Positions 8,673 through 17,870 of a stretch of 64,000 nucleotides of DNA are shown piece after piece. Below the pieces are notes generated by a model. The model worked only from the letters and a program-made list of their open reading frames with translations. It did no database searches and was not told where the DNA came from. Each line of letters begins with the position of its first letter. Positions within the stretch are counted from its first letter, which is position 1. This DNA is from Candidimonas sp. Its GTDB lineage: Bacteria; Pseudomonadota; Gammaproteobacteria; Burkholderiales; Burkholderiaceae_B. The stretch is from positions 25,058 through 89,057 of the forward strand of contig DATJBV010000015.1 of NCBI GenBank assembly GCA_035515055.1, given 5' to 3'. The position numbers and the translations under genes were made by a program.

Positions 8673-10244
8673 TTAGTCTATGGTGACCCAATCCGCCGTC
8701 AGGCGATTGTCGGCACGGTGGACGACATTGACGTTCTTGCCCATCGCCCATGGAATGACTTGGTCATGCAGCGGAATATGGCCGAATTCGCGGGCGTGGA
8801 TTTCCAGCACCTTGTGTATGGCCGCATCGCGCTTGGCGGTGTCGGTCTCGGTCTTGATTTGCGTAATCAGCTTGTCGGCTTCCTGATTCGAGTAGCCACC
8901 GAAGTTGAATGAACCGTCCGCCCCTTCGCCTTTGCTGTGGATCAGGCTTTGCAAGGTGTACAACGCATCGAACGTGGGCACGCCCCAGCCAAACAAATAG
9001 GCGCTGGAATCGAACGACTGCACTTTCGGGAAGTAGGTGGCGCGCGGCATGGCGTTGAGCGTAGCCTTGACGCCCACCTTTGCCCACATGCCCACGACTG
9101 CCTGGCAAATGGCTTCATCGTTGATGTATCGGTTGTTCGGGCAATCCAGGGTGAAGTCGATTTTGTTCTCGTAACCGGCTTCCTTCAGCAGGTTGCGCGC
9201 CTTTTCAATATCGTAGGGAGCGCGCTGGGCAAGGTCTTTGGACCAGCCATGGACTTGCGGGGCGATCATGGTGCCGGTGGGCGACGACGAGCCCCGCATG
9301 ACCGCCTTCTTGATCGCATCGACATCAATCGCGCGGTAAAGAGCCTCACGCACACGCACGTCGGCAAAGGGGTTCTTGCCCTTGATGCTGGAATACTTCA
9401 GTTCGGGACTTTTCTGATCCAGGCCCAGGTAAATCGTGCGATATTCGTTGCCTTCGACCACCTTGGCCTGCTGCTTGATGCGGGCAAGGTCTTGCGCCGG
9501 AGGATCCAGGATGAAGTCGATCTCGCCAGACAACAAGGCGGCCGTGCGCGTGGCATTTTGCTTGATCGGTGTATAAACCACTTCAGTCACGTTGCCGACC
9601 TTGTTGGCCTTGCCCCACCAGTCGGGATTTTCGACAAATACGGTGCGTATGTCGACTTCGCGGGACTTAAGCTTGTATGCCCCGGTGCCATTGGCATTGC
9701 GCGCCGAGAAGGTTTCCTGCTTTTTCGAAAAGTCCTGGGGCGCAGTGGCGTCGTTTTTTTCCGACCAGTCGCGATTCATGATGAATACGTTGGTAAGCTG
9801 GCGCAGCAGGACGGGGTTGGGGCCGCCTGTAAGGATTTCCACCGTGTTGTCGTCCACCTGCCTGACGTCGGTAATGCCATTCACATACGCCTTGAAATTC
9901 GACGTGGGCGACAAGGCGCGTTTAATCGAAAACACCACGTCGTCTGCTGTAAACGGGGTGCCGTCATGAAATTTGACGCCTTCCCGAAGCTTGAAGCGCC
10001 ATGTCGTGGGCTCTGGCTGTTCCCACGAAACTGCCAAGCCTGGGGTAAGTTGGAAGTCTTTGTTGTAGGCGACCAGCGTGTCGTACACATAGCTCGACGC
10101 GGCGATCGTCAGGCCTTCGTTCTGGGCATGAGGGTCAAGCGTCAGGATGTCACCCTGGCTGGCCCAGCGTAGGGTTTTGGCGTGACCGATCACTGGGACG
10201 GCTAAAGCTGCGGCGAGCGCGGCGACGACGAATGTTGTACGCAT
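8673..10244 (-). CDS. ABC transporter substrate-binding protein, family 5 (peptide/nickel type)
   Basis: ATG 10244 preceded by AGGTGGA. Signal peptide MRTTFVVAALAAALAVPVIGHA, and family-5 SBP-like sequence (LRWASQGDILTLDPH...). Confidence 0.9.
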   Translation of the reverse strand: MRTTFVVAALAAALAVPVIGHAKTLRWASQGDILTLDPHAQNEGLTIAASSYVYDTLVAYNKDFQLTPGLAVSWEQPEPTTWRFKLREGVKFHDGTPFTADDVVFSIKRALSPTSNFKAYVNGITDVRQVDDNTVEILTGGPNPVLLRQLTNVFIMNRDWSEKNDATAPQDFSKKQETFSARNANGTGAYKLKSREVDIRTVFVENPDWWGKANKVGNVTEVVYTPIKQNATRTAALLSGEIDFILDPPAQDLARIKQQAKVVEGNEYRTIYLGLDQKSPELKYSSIKGKNPFADVRVREALYRAIDVDAIKKAVMRGSSSPTGTMIAPQVHGWSKDLAQRAPYDIEKARNLLKEAGYENKIDFTLDCPNNRYINDEAICQAVVGMWAKVGVKATLNAMPRATYFPKVQSFDSSAYLFGWGVPTFDALYTLQSLIHSKGEGADGSFNFGGYSNQEADKLITQIKTETDTAKRDAAIHKVLEIHAREFGHIPLHDQVIPWAMGKNVNVVHRADNRLTADWVTID

Positions 10245-10410
10245 GATATCCACCTGACAGGTAACTGAAATTCACTCGATATTGCCCGACGCTACAACAT
10301 GCGTCAATCCTTTTTCCGCGCCTTACGTCTTACAGCCATATGGTTATACGCCGGTACGCGGCTTGCTGAACTGAGGCTTCCGCCAACCCTTGTCCTTAGT
10401 CGGAGGCACA

Positions 10411-10911
10411 ATGACTACCAAAACCATGCAAGATCTTTTTGTTCACATGCTTTCAGATATCTACAGCGCCGAAAAACAGATGACCAAAGCGTTGCCCAAG
10501 CTGTCCCGCGCTTCCAGCAATCCCAAGCTGTCCGACGCATTCCAGCTTCACCTGGAAGAGACGCATGGCCAGATAGAACGTATCGACCAAGTCGTCGAGG
10601 CGTGCCAGATCAAGCTCAAGCGTATTAAATGCGTCGCGATGGAGGGCCTGTTGGAAGAAGGCCGTGAAGTCATTGAAGAAATCGCCCAGGGTCCATTGCG
10701 GGATGCCGCGCTGATTGCGGCGGCGCAAAAAGTGGAGCATTACGAAATCGCGAGCTATGGCACGCTGTGCACGCTGGCCAAACTAATGGGCCAGGACGAA
10801 GCGTTGCGGCTCTTGAAGGAAACCTTGGGCGAAGAGAAGTCGACGGACGAAAAGCTGTCCGTGTTGGCAGAAAGCGAAGTCAATCAGGAAGCAGCCGCAA
10901 CCGCCGCCTGA
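10411..10911 (+). CDS. ferritin-like DUF892 (YciE/YciF) family protein
   Basis: ATG 10411 preceded by GGAGG. Sequence LFVHMLSDIYSAEKQ...LEETHGQIERI...KVEHYEIASYGTL is typical of the family. Confidence 0.85.
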   Translation: MTTKTMQDLFVHMLSDIYSAEKQMTKALPKLSRASSNPKLSDAFQLHLEETHGQIERIDQVVEACQIKLKRIKCVAMEGLLEEGREVIEEIAQGPLRDAALIAAAQKVEHYEIASYGTLCTLAKLMGQDEALRLLKETLGEEKSTDEKLSVLAESEVNQEAAATAA

Positions 10912-10938
10912 TGCCGGATGTCGAAGAACGGGCGCCGG

Positions 10939-12339
10939 CTAACGTTGGCGCTTTCCCATGAAGAAGGCCGCAATCAACAACAGCACGATGACTCCGACCG
11001 CGACCATTGAGATACGAGCCACCGTCACCAGGTCGGGGCCTGTTGCTTCGCCCCTTCTCAGGCGCGCGACTTGTTCGACGGTGACGGCGGATTCCGGGTT
11101 GCCGAAATGCCGGACCATGTAGGTGCCTAGCGTCGCAATTTGGGTGTCGCTCAGGGTGTTGCGGTAGGCGGGCATTATCGTACCGGCGCTTTCTCCATGG
11201 CCCCGAGTAATGCCATCAAGTATGGCCATGACCAGATTGTTTGTATTTAACCGGCCAACGGCGGAATTGTGAAACAGGGAGGGCAAGCCGCGGCTGCCCT
11301 CTCCTTGCGCATGATGGCAACTCGCACACTCCGCGTCATATAGTTGCGCGCCGGTCATGCCGTCCAGGTCTTCCGGTAGCGGCGTCCCGCGCAAAGAGGC
11401 CAATTCCTCGTATGGTGCGCCCCAGGCATGCGCCGCCTTCGCCTCGCCGGGCAGACGCACCGCGGGGATGGTCTTCAAATAGGCGGCGATGGCATTCAAA
11501 TCTTCGTTCGTCAAGTGCTGAAGGCTGTGATCGATGGCTTCCGCCATGGGCCCCGCCGCTTGCGCCTTGCCCTCGGTACGGCCGGTTTTCATGTAGGCAA
11601 CGACTTCCTCCTGCGTCCACTCCCCTATTCCGCTGATCGGATCCGGCGTGATGTTCGGCGCGTACCAAGTGCCGACATCGGCGCCCGCCAGATCGCTATC
11701 GCCTTGCTCGGCCATCAAGGTGTTGCGCGGGGTATGGCAGGCCGAGCAGTGCGTAAGGCCGCGTGTCAGGTAGGCGCCGCGATTCCAAAGCTCTCCTTTT
11801 TCGGGATCGGGCCGGTACGGGCCGGCATCGAGGAACAACATGTTCCACACCGACATCGACGCCCGTAGGTTGAAAGGAAACGGCAATTGCGTCTTCGCGG
11901 GCGCCGAATCGACCGGTTCGACGCTCCGCATGAAATAGGCATACATCGCCTCGATGTCGTCGTCCGTCACCAGCGCATAAGAGGTGTAGGGCATGGCCGG
12001 ATAAAAGTGCTTGCCGTCCGGACCCTTTCCTTCCCGCATCGCGCGCGTAAAGTCTTCCAGCGTGTAATTGCCTATGCCGTGGGTTTTCGATGGCGTGATA
12101 TTCGTGGAAATAATATTTCCCACCGGCGTGGCCATCACCAGCCCGCCCGCAAACGGCTTACCGCCCACGGTGGTATGACAGGCGATGCAGTCGCCGGCAG
12201 TGGCCAGGTACTGTCCCTGCTGGATCAATGGGTCGCTTGCCTGCTCGGCTTCAGCGCCATTGGCCGCCATGGCCATGGCGGCCAGGCCAGCCGACACGAG
12301 TCCATTGATCAGCACGCTGAACTTTCTTGTACGCATCAT
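10939..12339 (-). CDS. tri-haem cytochrome c subunit of a membrane-bound dehydrogenase
   Basis: Trimmed to ATG 12339 (MMRTRKFSVL... signal). Three CxxCH motifs (CIACH, CSACH, CASCH) and a C-terminal hydrophobic anchor. Confidence 0.9.
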   Translation of the reverse strand: MMRTRKFSVLINGLVSAGLAAMAMAANGAEAEQASDPLIQQGQYLATAGDCIACHTTVGGKPFAGGLVMATPVGNIISTNITPSKTHGIGNYTLEDFTRAMREGKGPDGKHFYPAMPYTSYALVTDDDIEAMYAYFMRSVEPVDSAPAKTQLPFPFNLRASMSVWNMLFLDAGPYRPDPEKGELWNRGAYLTRGLTHCSACHTPRNTLMAEQGDSDLAGADVGTWYAPNITPDPISGIGEWTQEEVVAYMKTGRTEGKAQAAGPMAEAIDHSLQHLTNEDLNAIAAYLKTIPAVRLPGEAKAAHAWGAPYEELASLRGTPLPEDLDGMTGAQLYDAECASCHHAQGEGSRGLPSLFHNSAVGRLNTNNLVMAILDGITRGHGESAGTIMPAYRNTLSDTQIATLGTYMVRHFGNPESAVTVEQVARLRRGEATGPDLVTVARISMVAVGVIVLLLIAAFFMGKRQR

Positions 12340-12359
12340 CGTTTGCCCTCCCGCCCCTG

Positions 12360-14000
12360 CTATGCCGAGACCACGGCATTTGGCGCCATCGAATCCATCG
12401 CCGTCTTCATCGGCAAGATATGGTGAGCCGTACGCAATGCAACCGCGATAGCGGTCTCGGTCGAATTGCAGGTTCCGCAGGTCGGCAATACCGCCGTGCC
12501 GACGATGAATAGATTCGGATGGTCGTGGGTTCGGCCGAACTCGTCGGTGACCGAGGTCCGGGGATCGTCGCCCATCATCAGCGTGCCGCAAATATGCTGA
12601 TTATTGGCGAAGAAACCATCCGCGCTATACCGCAAGTTCGTGCCTCCCATGAGTTCCGCCACGCGGGCGAAGTCTTTTTTCGACACATCCGCGCCCATGC
12701 GCGTGTACTCGTCGATGGCGTAACTGGCCCGCGGCTTGGGGATCCCCAGCCAATCCTTTTCGCTGGCCAGCGTAATCCGGTTATTCGGGTTGGGCAGCAC
12801 CTCGAGCACGTTCTTCAGGTTCATTTCGTGGGCAGCCCGGTGGCGCAACTGCTTCTCGAGCTCCACGCCGTACACGCCGGCCGCGATCAATTCCTGTACC
12901 GCGCCGTAGACCCGCGAGATGTTCGTAAAGTCGAGGCGATAGGCCGAGTGCTCGCGCCGGAACTCGCCGTCCCGGTAAGTGTTGATGGAGTTCGGGCTTT
13001 GCGGGCCGCGGCCGAGCCATAACGGCTCGTCGGCATCGAAGGACAATGAGGTGCTGGGATGGTCCATCAGGTGCCGGCCCACATAGTCGGAACTGTTGGC
13101 AAGACCCTGCGGATATTTGCCGCTGGCCGACAGCAAGAGCAGCTTGGGCGTCTCGATCGCGTTGGCCGCCAGAATAAAGACCTTGCCGGTTATCCGGTGC
13201 GATGTTTTATTCGGGTCGTAATAGTGCAGCGCCTGTATGCTGCCCTTTTCGTCGTGTTCAAGCCTGTAGACCACCGCATTTTCAAGCAAGCGCACTCCAA
13301 CGGCCTCGGCGGCATCGACGGCAAGGCCGCCATGAAACTGGGCGTCGATCGGGCAGATGGGCTGGCAACTATTATTGCCGCAACAGGGCGGCCGACCATG
13401 GTAGCCCCGGCTATTGCGCGCCGTGGTGTTCCCGACGACTTCATAACCGCCGGTCGCGAGGCGTTCGCGTATCCGGCGCATTGCCCACACTTCCGCCACC
13501 GGTTCCAGCGGGAATGGCTTGCTGCGTGGCGACCCCGTGTTCGGCAGTCCCGAGACGCCCATGATTTCCTCGGACTCCTGGTAGAAAGGATCCAGGTCGT
13601 CATAGGTCATTGGCCAATCAACCCCCCGGTCGTACAGGGAGCGCATACGCATGTCGTTGGGAACCATGCGCCAAGCCTGCGCGGCCCAGTGCCATGTCGT
13701 GCCGCCCACTACCCGTATGTACTCGGCGTCGTAGGGGTACGGTCCCGCCTGCACCAGATAGCCATTGCTGGCGGGTTTATACACCGGATGCGGCGCCCAG
13801 TCGGTTGGCGGGTACGGGGCCATCCAGTCGTTCTTGCGGGCAGCGTTCCTGAAACGGGCAACCAGTTCCCCCCGGGTGACTCGCGGCCCTGCTTCGAGCA
13901 TGAGCACCGAGGCGCCCTGCATCGCAAGCCGCCTGGCGACAAGCGCGCCGCATATCCCCGAACCCACCACAACATACTCTGCAGACACTTCTTCGGCCAT
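12360..14000 (-). CDS. GMC-family FAD flavoprotein (large) subunit of a membrane-bound dehydrogenase (gluconate 2-dehydrogenase / FAD-sugar dehydrogenase type)
   Basis: Trimmed to ATG 14000. FAD fold EYVVVGSGICGALVARRL...MLEAG, with GMC-like C-terminal region. Confidence 0.9.
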   Translation of the reverse strand: MAEEVSAEYVVVGSGICGALVARRLAMQGASVLMLEAGPRVTRGELVARFRNAARKNDWMAPYPPTDWAPHPVYKPASNGYLVQAGPYPYDAEYIRVVGGTTWHWAAQAWRMVPNDMRMRSLYDRGVDWPMTYDDLDPFYQESEEIMGVSGLPNTGSPRSKPFPLEPVAEVWAMRRIRERLATGGYEVVGNTTARNSRGYHGRPPCCGNNSCQPICPIDAQFHGGLAVDAAEAVGVRLLENAVVYRLEHDEKGSIQALHYYDPNKTSHRITGKVFILAANAIETPKLLLLSASGKYPQGLANSSDYVGRHLMDHPSTSLSFDADEPLWLGRGPQSPNSINTYRDGEFRREHSAYRLDFTNISRVYGAVQELIAAGVYGVELEKQLRHRAAHEMNLKNVLEVLPNPNNRITLASEKDWLGIPKPRASYAIDEYTRMGADVSKKDFARVAELMGGTNLRYSADGFFANNQHICGTLMMGDDPRTSVTDEFGRTHDHPNLFIVGTAVLPTCGTCNSTETAIAVALRTAHHILPMKTAMDSMAPNAVVSA

Positions 14001-14040
14001 TTGCAACCTCAACGCGTTAATACAACCTGCCCGCCCATCG

Positions 14041-14535
14041 TCAGGTCGGCTTGCTTTCCCAACTTCCGTAAGCGCCGTAGGCATAGGTAGGCGGGGTGAG
14101 CTTGTCTTTCACGACTTCGCTCATCAAGGCTTTTTCATAGGCAAGACAGCGCGCGCTGGCGCCGTCTCCCACTACGCCGGTATACCAGGCCGTGACTATC
14201 CGCCGTGCCAGCGGCGCAAGCTCGGGACGCTGGGCGTCCAGCACTGTTTGAAGCTTCATAGGGTCGAGTTGCCCTTGCTCCATGAACGACAGCAATGAAC
14301 TGGCGGCCCCGGGAAATGCCGCATCGTCCGCGACGAGTGCCTCGTAGTAACGCTGGCCCAACTCCGTATCCAGCGTCTGCCGTCCAACCAGCATGGCCGA
14401 TACGGCAAGAAAGGCGCCGTGCCCCTCGCTTTGGACGGGCTGGGCAAGCGCCCACGGAATCAGGGTTGAGGTGTATGCGGTGAGCAAGCTGCCAAGGACG
14501 CGCCGCCGCTGTGTATTGACGCTGGTCATAGGCAT
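14041..14535 (-). CDS. small (gamma) subunit of the dehydrogenase complex, Tat-exported
   Basis: Twin-arginine signal NTQRRRVLGSLL...ALA. Size and position upstream of the flavoprotein match the three-subunit flavocytochrome dehydrogenases. Confidence 0.85.
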   Translation of the reverse strand: MPMTSVNTQRRRVLGSLLTAYTSTLIPWALAQPVQSEGHGAFLAVSAMLVGRQTLDTELGQRYYEALVADDAAFPGAASSLLSFMEQGQLDPMKLQTVLDAQRPELAPLARRIVTAWYTGVVGDGASARCLAYEKALMSEVVKDKLTPPTYAYGAYGSWESKPT

Positions 14536-15176
14536 TATTGCGACTCCGCGGCTTCTTCGGGAGTGCCCGGCGCACCTTCCCTTGTGGGCTGTGCCGTCTG
14601 CGGCGCGGCCTCGCCACGCGACAGGCCGGGCGTTGCAGAAGCCGGCGCGCCGTCCTTGTCACCAATGGCGTGGGCCTGGGCAATCATCCTGGCTTTGTCC
14701 AGATGCTGCAGCAGCAGCGCCACCGTCTCGGCCGCAAACGCCTTGACGTCTCCGTCTTGCGATTCCCGCGCGGCGCGGCTGAACAGCTCGACGGCCCGTT
14801 CGTGCTCGCCGATGGCCACATGCTCGATATAGCGCCTGTCGAAATCGGCGCCTTTGGCCTGCTGCAGATCACCCAGGCTTGATTGCCGGTCGCCATCGAG
14901 CGACACCGGCAATACCATGTTCCTGTCGCGCGCCACGCGCTTGAGGGCGGCGTCTATCTGCTCGTGCTGGACCAGCATCAGTCGCGCAAACTCCTTCACT
15001 CTATCTTGCGCGGCGCTTTGCAACGCCATCTGGCTCGCTTGCATCTCGAACGTGCCGGAAACGGCGGCTTCCTCCAGAAACCGGGTCTCTTGTGCGCTCA
15101 AATCCGCCGCCTGGCTACTGAACCCCGCCGAGACGGCCAGCGTCAACGCTAGAACTAAATGTGCGCCATGATTCAT
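14535..15176 (-). CDS. DUF4142 family periplasmic protein
   Basis: Trimmed to ATG 15176. Signal peptide MNHGAHLVLALTLAVSAGFSSQA and DUF4142-like helices (FLEEAAVSGTFEMQASQMAL...FARLMLVQHEQ...DRRYIEHVAIGEHERAVELF). Its TAA overlaps the ATG of the next gene by 1 nt (TAATG). Confidence 0.8.
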   Translation of the reverse strand: MNHGAHLVLALTLAVSAGFSSQAADLSAQETRFLEEAAVSGTFEMQASQMALQSAAQDRVKEFARLMLVQHEQIDAALKRVARDRNMVLPVSLDGDRQSSLGDLQQAKGADFDRRYIEHVAIGEHERAVELFSRAARESQDGDVKAFAAETVALLLQHLDKARMIAQAHAIGDKDGAPASATPGLSRGEAAPQTAQPTREGAPGTPEEAAESQ

Positions 15177-15263
15177 TTTGGCCCGCCCTTGAATACGCCG
15201 AACCGAACAGGCAGCAAACCGCATGCCCGCGGCCTCGATTTTCGTCCCGATGTAAATGTGCTG

Positions 15264-15278
15264 TAATGCCTCGCATTA
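15264..15278. promoter_or_regulatory. inverted repeat TAATGC-N3-GCATTA in the nirK upstream region
   Basis: Perfect 6-bp arms, about 40 nt upstream of the nirK ATG. The binding protein is unknown. Confidence 0.25.
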
Positions 15279-15316
15279 TGATAAATTGTTGAAGTCTAAA
15301 GGAGGTTTGGAAAATC

Positions 15317-16774
15317 ATGAAACCACTATCGGCCATACGTAATTTCTTCGTATTATTGGCAGTAGCCGGCCTCTTTTATGCGGCCGATTCTGCGTACGCG
15401 CAGCATACGGGTCATGCGGCGCCCGCCGCCACAAGCCCCGCCACAACGGTCGCGGCCGCCGCTGCGCCAAATACGGCGGTAAAAATGATACCCGACGTCA
15501 CCATTTCGTTGCGCACGTCCATTTCGGGCGGCAAGCTGGTGTTCATCGGCAACACCGGCGCCATTGCCAACGTGGTCAACCCGGATCTCAAGGTTCCCGA
15601 AGGCGCGGTGGTCCAAATCAATTTAACGAACGACGACGGCGCCATCCACGACATCGCCGTGCCTGAATTCGGCGCCAAATCGGATCATATTTCCGGCAAG
15701 GGCTCGGCCACGGCCATCGTATTCCGCGCCCACAAGAACGGCGTCTTCGAATACCTGTGCACGCTCCCCGGCCACAAGGCGGCGGGGATGGTCGGCAAGA
15801 TCATCGTGGGCGAACCCGTTGCGGCGGATACGCGGCAGGCGCCGCAGATTGCGCATGATCCGGCCAATGTCGGCGAACCCGTGGGCAACCGCGCGCCCAA
15901 GGCCGTCACGGTCGATCTGCTGACCACCGAACTCGAAGCCCGCCTGGGCGACAGCAGCACCTACCGCTTCTGGACCTTCAATAACAAGGTGCCGGGACCC
16001 ATGGTGCGCGTACGAGTGGGGGACACGGTCACTGTCAATGTGACCAATGCCAAGGAAAGCACCCATATTCACTCGGTCGACTTTCACGCGGTAACGGGGC
16101 CGGGCGGCGGTGCGGCGGTAACACAGGTGGCCCCGGGCCAGACCAAGAGCTTCACATTCAAGGCCATGCATCCAGGCTTATTCGTTTATCACTGCGCAAC
16201 GCCCATGGTCGCGCAACATATTACTAACGGCATGTACGGCATGATCCTGGTCGAACCCGAAGGCGGCCTGCCCAAAGTCGACCGCGAGTTCTACATCATG
16301 CAGGGTGAACTCTATACGACGCAGCCTCACGGCACGAGCGGCTTACAAGAGTTCTCGCTGGAAAAACTGCTGGCCGAGAATCCCGAGCACCTGATGTTCA
16401 ACGGCTCGATGGACGCGCTCACCAAAATCTACGACATGAAATCCAAGGTGGGCGATGTCGTGCGCATTTACTTCGGTGTGGGCGGCCCCAACCTCACGTC
16501 CAGCATCCACCTGATCGGCGAAGTATTTGATCGGGTGTACGAGCACGCCTCGTTGACCAGCACGCCGCTGACGAATGTGCAAACGACTCTGGTCGCCCCG
16601 GGCGGCGCGACAATGCTGGAATTCAAGACGGACTACCCAGGGCGCTACGTCCTGGTCGACCACGCCTTGTCCCGCATGGAAAAAGGCCTGACCGGCATCC
16701 TGACAGTCGAAGGCGAGAAAGACGCTTCCATCTTCGACAGCACCGAGCCGATCGACGCCAGCTCAGGACACTGA
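15317..16774 (+). CDS. nirK: copper-containing nitrite reductase with an N-terminal cupredoxin domain fusion
   Basis: ATG preceded by AAAGGAGG, with a signal peptide. The N-terminal azurin-like type-1 Cu site is AIHDIAV...YLCTLPGHKAAGM. NirK core motifs are HIHSVDFHA, VYHCATPMVAQHITNGMYG and SSIHLIGEVFD. Confidence 0.9.
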   Translation: MKPLSAIRNFFVLLAVAGLFYAADSAYAQHTGHAAPAATSPATTVAAAAAPNTAVKMIPDVTISLRTSISGGKLVFIGNTGAIANVVNPDLKVPEGAVVQINLTNDDGAIHDIAVPEFGAKSDHISGKGSATAIVFRAHKNGVFEYLCTLPGHKAAGMVGKIIVGEPVAADTRQAPQIAHDPANVGEPVGNRAPKAVTVDLLTTELEARLGDSSTYRFWTFNNKVPGPMVRVRVGDTVTVNVTNAKESTHIHSVDFHAVTGPGGGAAVTQVAPGQTKSFTFKAMHPGLFVYHCATPMVAQHITNGMYGMILVEPEGGLPKVDREFYIMQGELYTTQPHGTSGLQEFSLEKLLAENPEHLMFNGSMDALTKIYDMKSKVGDVVRIYFGVGGPNLTSSIHLIGEVFDRVYEHASLTSTPLTNVQTTLVAPGGATMLEFKTDYPGRYVLVDHALSRMEKGLTGILTVEGEKDASIFDSTEPIDASSGH

Positions 16775-16785
16775 CACCAACCCCC

Positions 16786-16812
16786 GATGGGCGGCGCCCA
16801 GGCGCGCCCATC
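16786..16812. terminator. GC-rich hairpin between convergent nirK and bug-family genes
   Basis: GATGGGCGGCGCC-CA-GGCGCGCCCATC, about 11 bp of stem with one bulge. There is no clear U-tract. Confidence 0.4.
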
Positions 16813-16817
16813 ACTCA

Positions 16818-17792
16818 TCACTCCAGCTTTAGTCCCGCACTTCGGATCAATTCGCGATTCGCGTCGAGTTCCTGGGCGATATCTTCGGCAAACTGTTGCG
16901 CCGTGCTGGTGGCCGGCATATTGCCGCTGTCCGCCAGCAATTTCTGTATGGCCGGCGTCGCGACGATTTCACCGATCTGCGCATTAAGCTTGGCCACGAC
17001 AGGAGCCGGCGTGCCGCCAGGCGCAAAGAAGCCGAACACGGACATCTTGTTTGCCTTGGGATAACCCAGCTCGGTGAACGTGGGTACGTCGGGCAGGAAG
17101 CTCATGCGCCCGGGCGCGGCGACTGCCAAGGGCACAAACGTGCCGCTGGCGACATGCGACGTCAACGCGGGGCTCATGTTGGTGGAGATCAATTCAAACT
17201 GGCCGCTGACCGCGTCGGTGAGCTGCTGGCCGGCGCCCTTGTAGGGAATATGCGTGAATTGGATCTTGCCTGCCTGCTGCAATTGCTCCAGCATCAGGTG
17301 GCCGAGCGAACCAAGACCCGACGTCGACCAGCGCAGCGACCCGGGCACCGCCCTGGACTGCGCGACAAGGTCTGCCACGCTCTTGCCGGTGAACGCCTTC
17401 GTGCCGAGCAATACAACGGGAGACACCATCACGCTGGCAACCGGAGTGATGTCGCGCTGCGGATCGTACGGCACAGGCCTGATGGCCGGCGATAACGCAA
17501 GGGGGCTGATGGACGAAAACCCCAGCGTATAACCGTCGGGCGCGGCTTTCGCCACCAGTCCCATGCCTATGGTCCCGCCGGCGCCGCCCTTATTGTCCAC
17601 CACGAAAGGCACGCCCAGGCGTTGCGCCAGCGACTCGGCAATTGCCCGCGTGATCGAATCGCTGACGCCGCCCGGCGGATAAGCGACAATCACGCGGACA
17701 GACTTTTCGGGCCAGTCAGCCGCCGGCGTAGCGGTGGACGCGCCGGCAAGCAGCGCGGCGGTCAAGAGACATGGGAATAGTCTGGAATACAT
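16818..17792 (-). CDS. Bug family tripartite tricarboxylate transporter substrate-binding protein (TctC-like)
   Basis: Signal peptide followed by WPEKSVRVIVAYPPGGVSDSITR...VVDNKGGAGGTIG, characteristic of Bug/TctC proteins. Confidence 0.9.
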   Translation of the reverse strand: MYSRLFPCLLTAALLAGASTATPAADWPEKSVRVIVAYPPGGVSDSITRAIAESLAQRLGVPFVVDNKGGAGGTIGMGLVAKAAPDGYTLGFSSISPLALSPAIRPVPYDPQRDITPVASVMVSPVVLLGTKAFTGKSVADLVAQSRAVPGSLRWSTSGLGSLGHLMLEQLQQAGKIQFTHIPYKGAGQQLTDAVSGQFELISTNMSPALTSHVASGTFVPLAVAAPGRMSFLPDVPTFTELGYPKANKMSVFGFFAPGGTPAPVVAKLNAQIGEIVATPAIQKLLADSGNMPATSTAQQFAEDIAQELDANRELIRSAGLKLE

Positions 17793-17870
17793 GGGCGTCT
17801 TCCTTGAACGATGAGTACGGCCTCGAATGCAAGATTGTACTTCGGGCCCGCGCGCGCCTTAGAATGCGAC

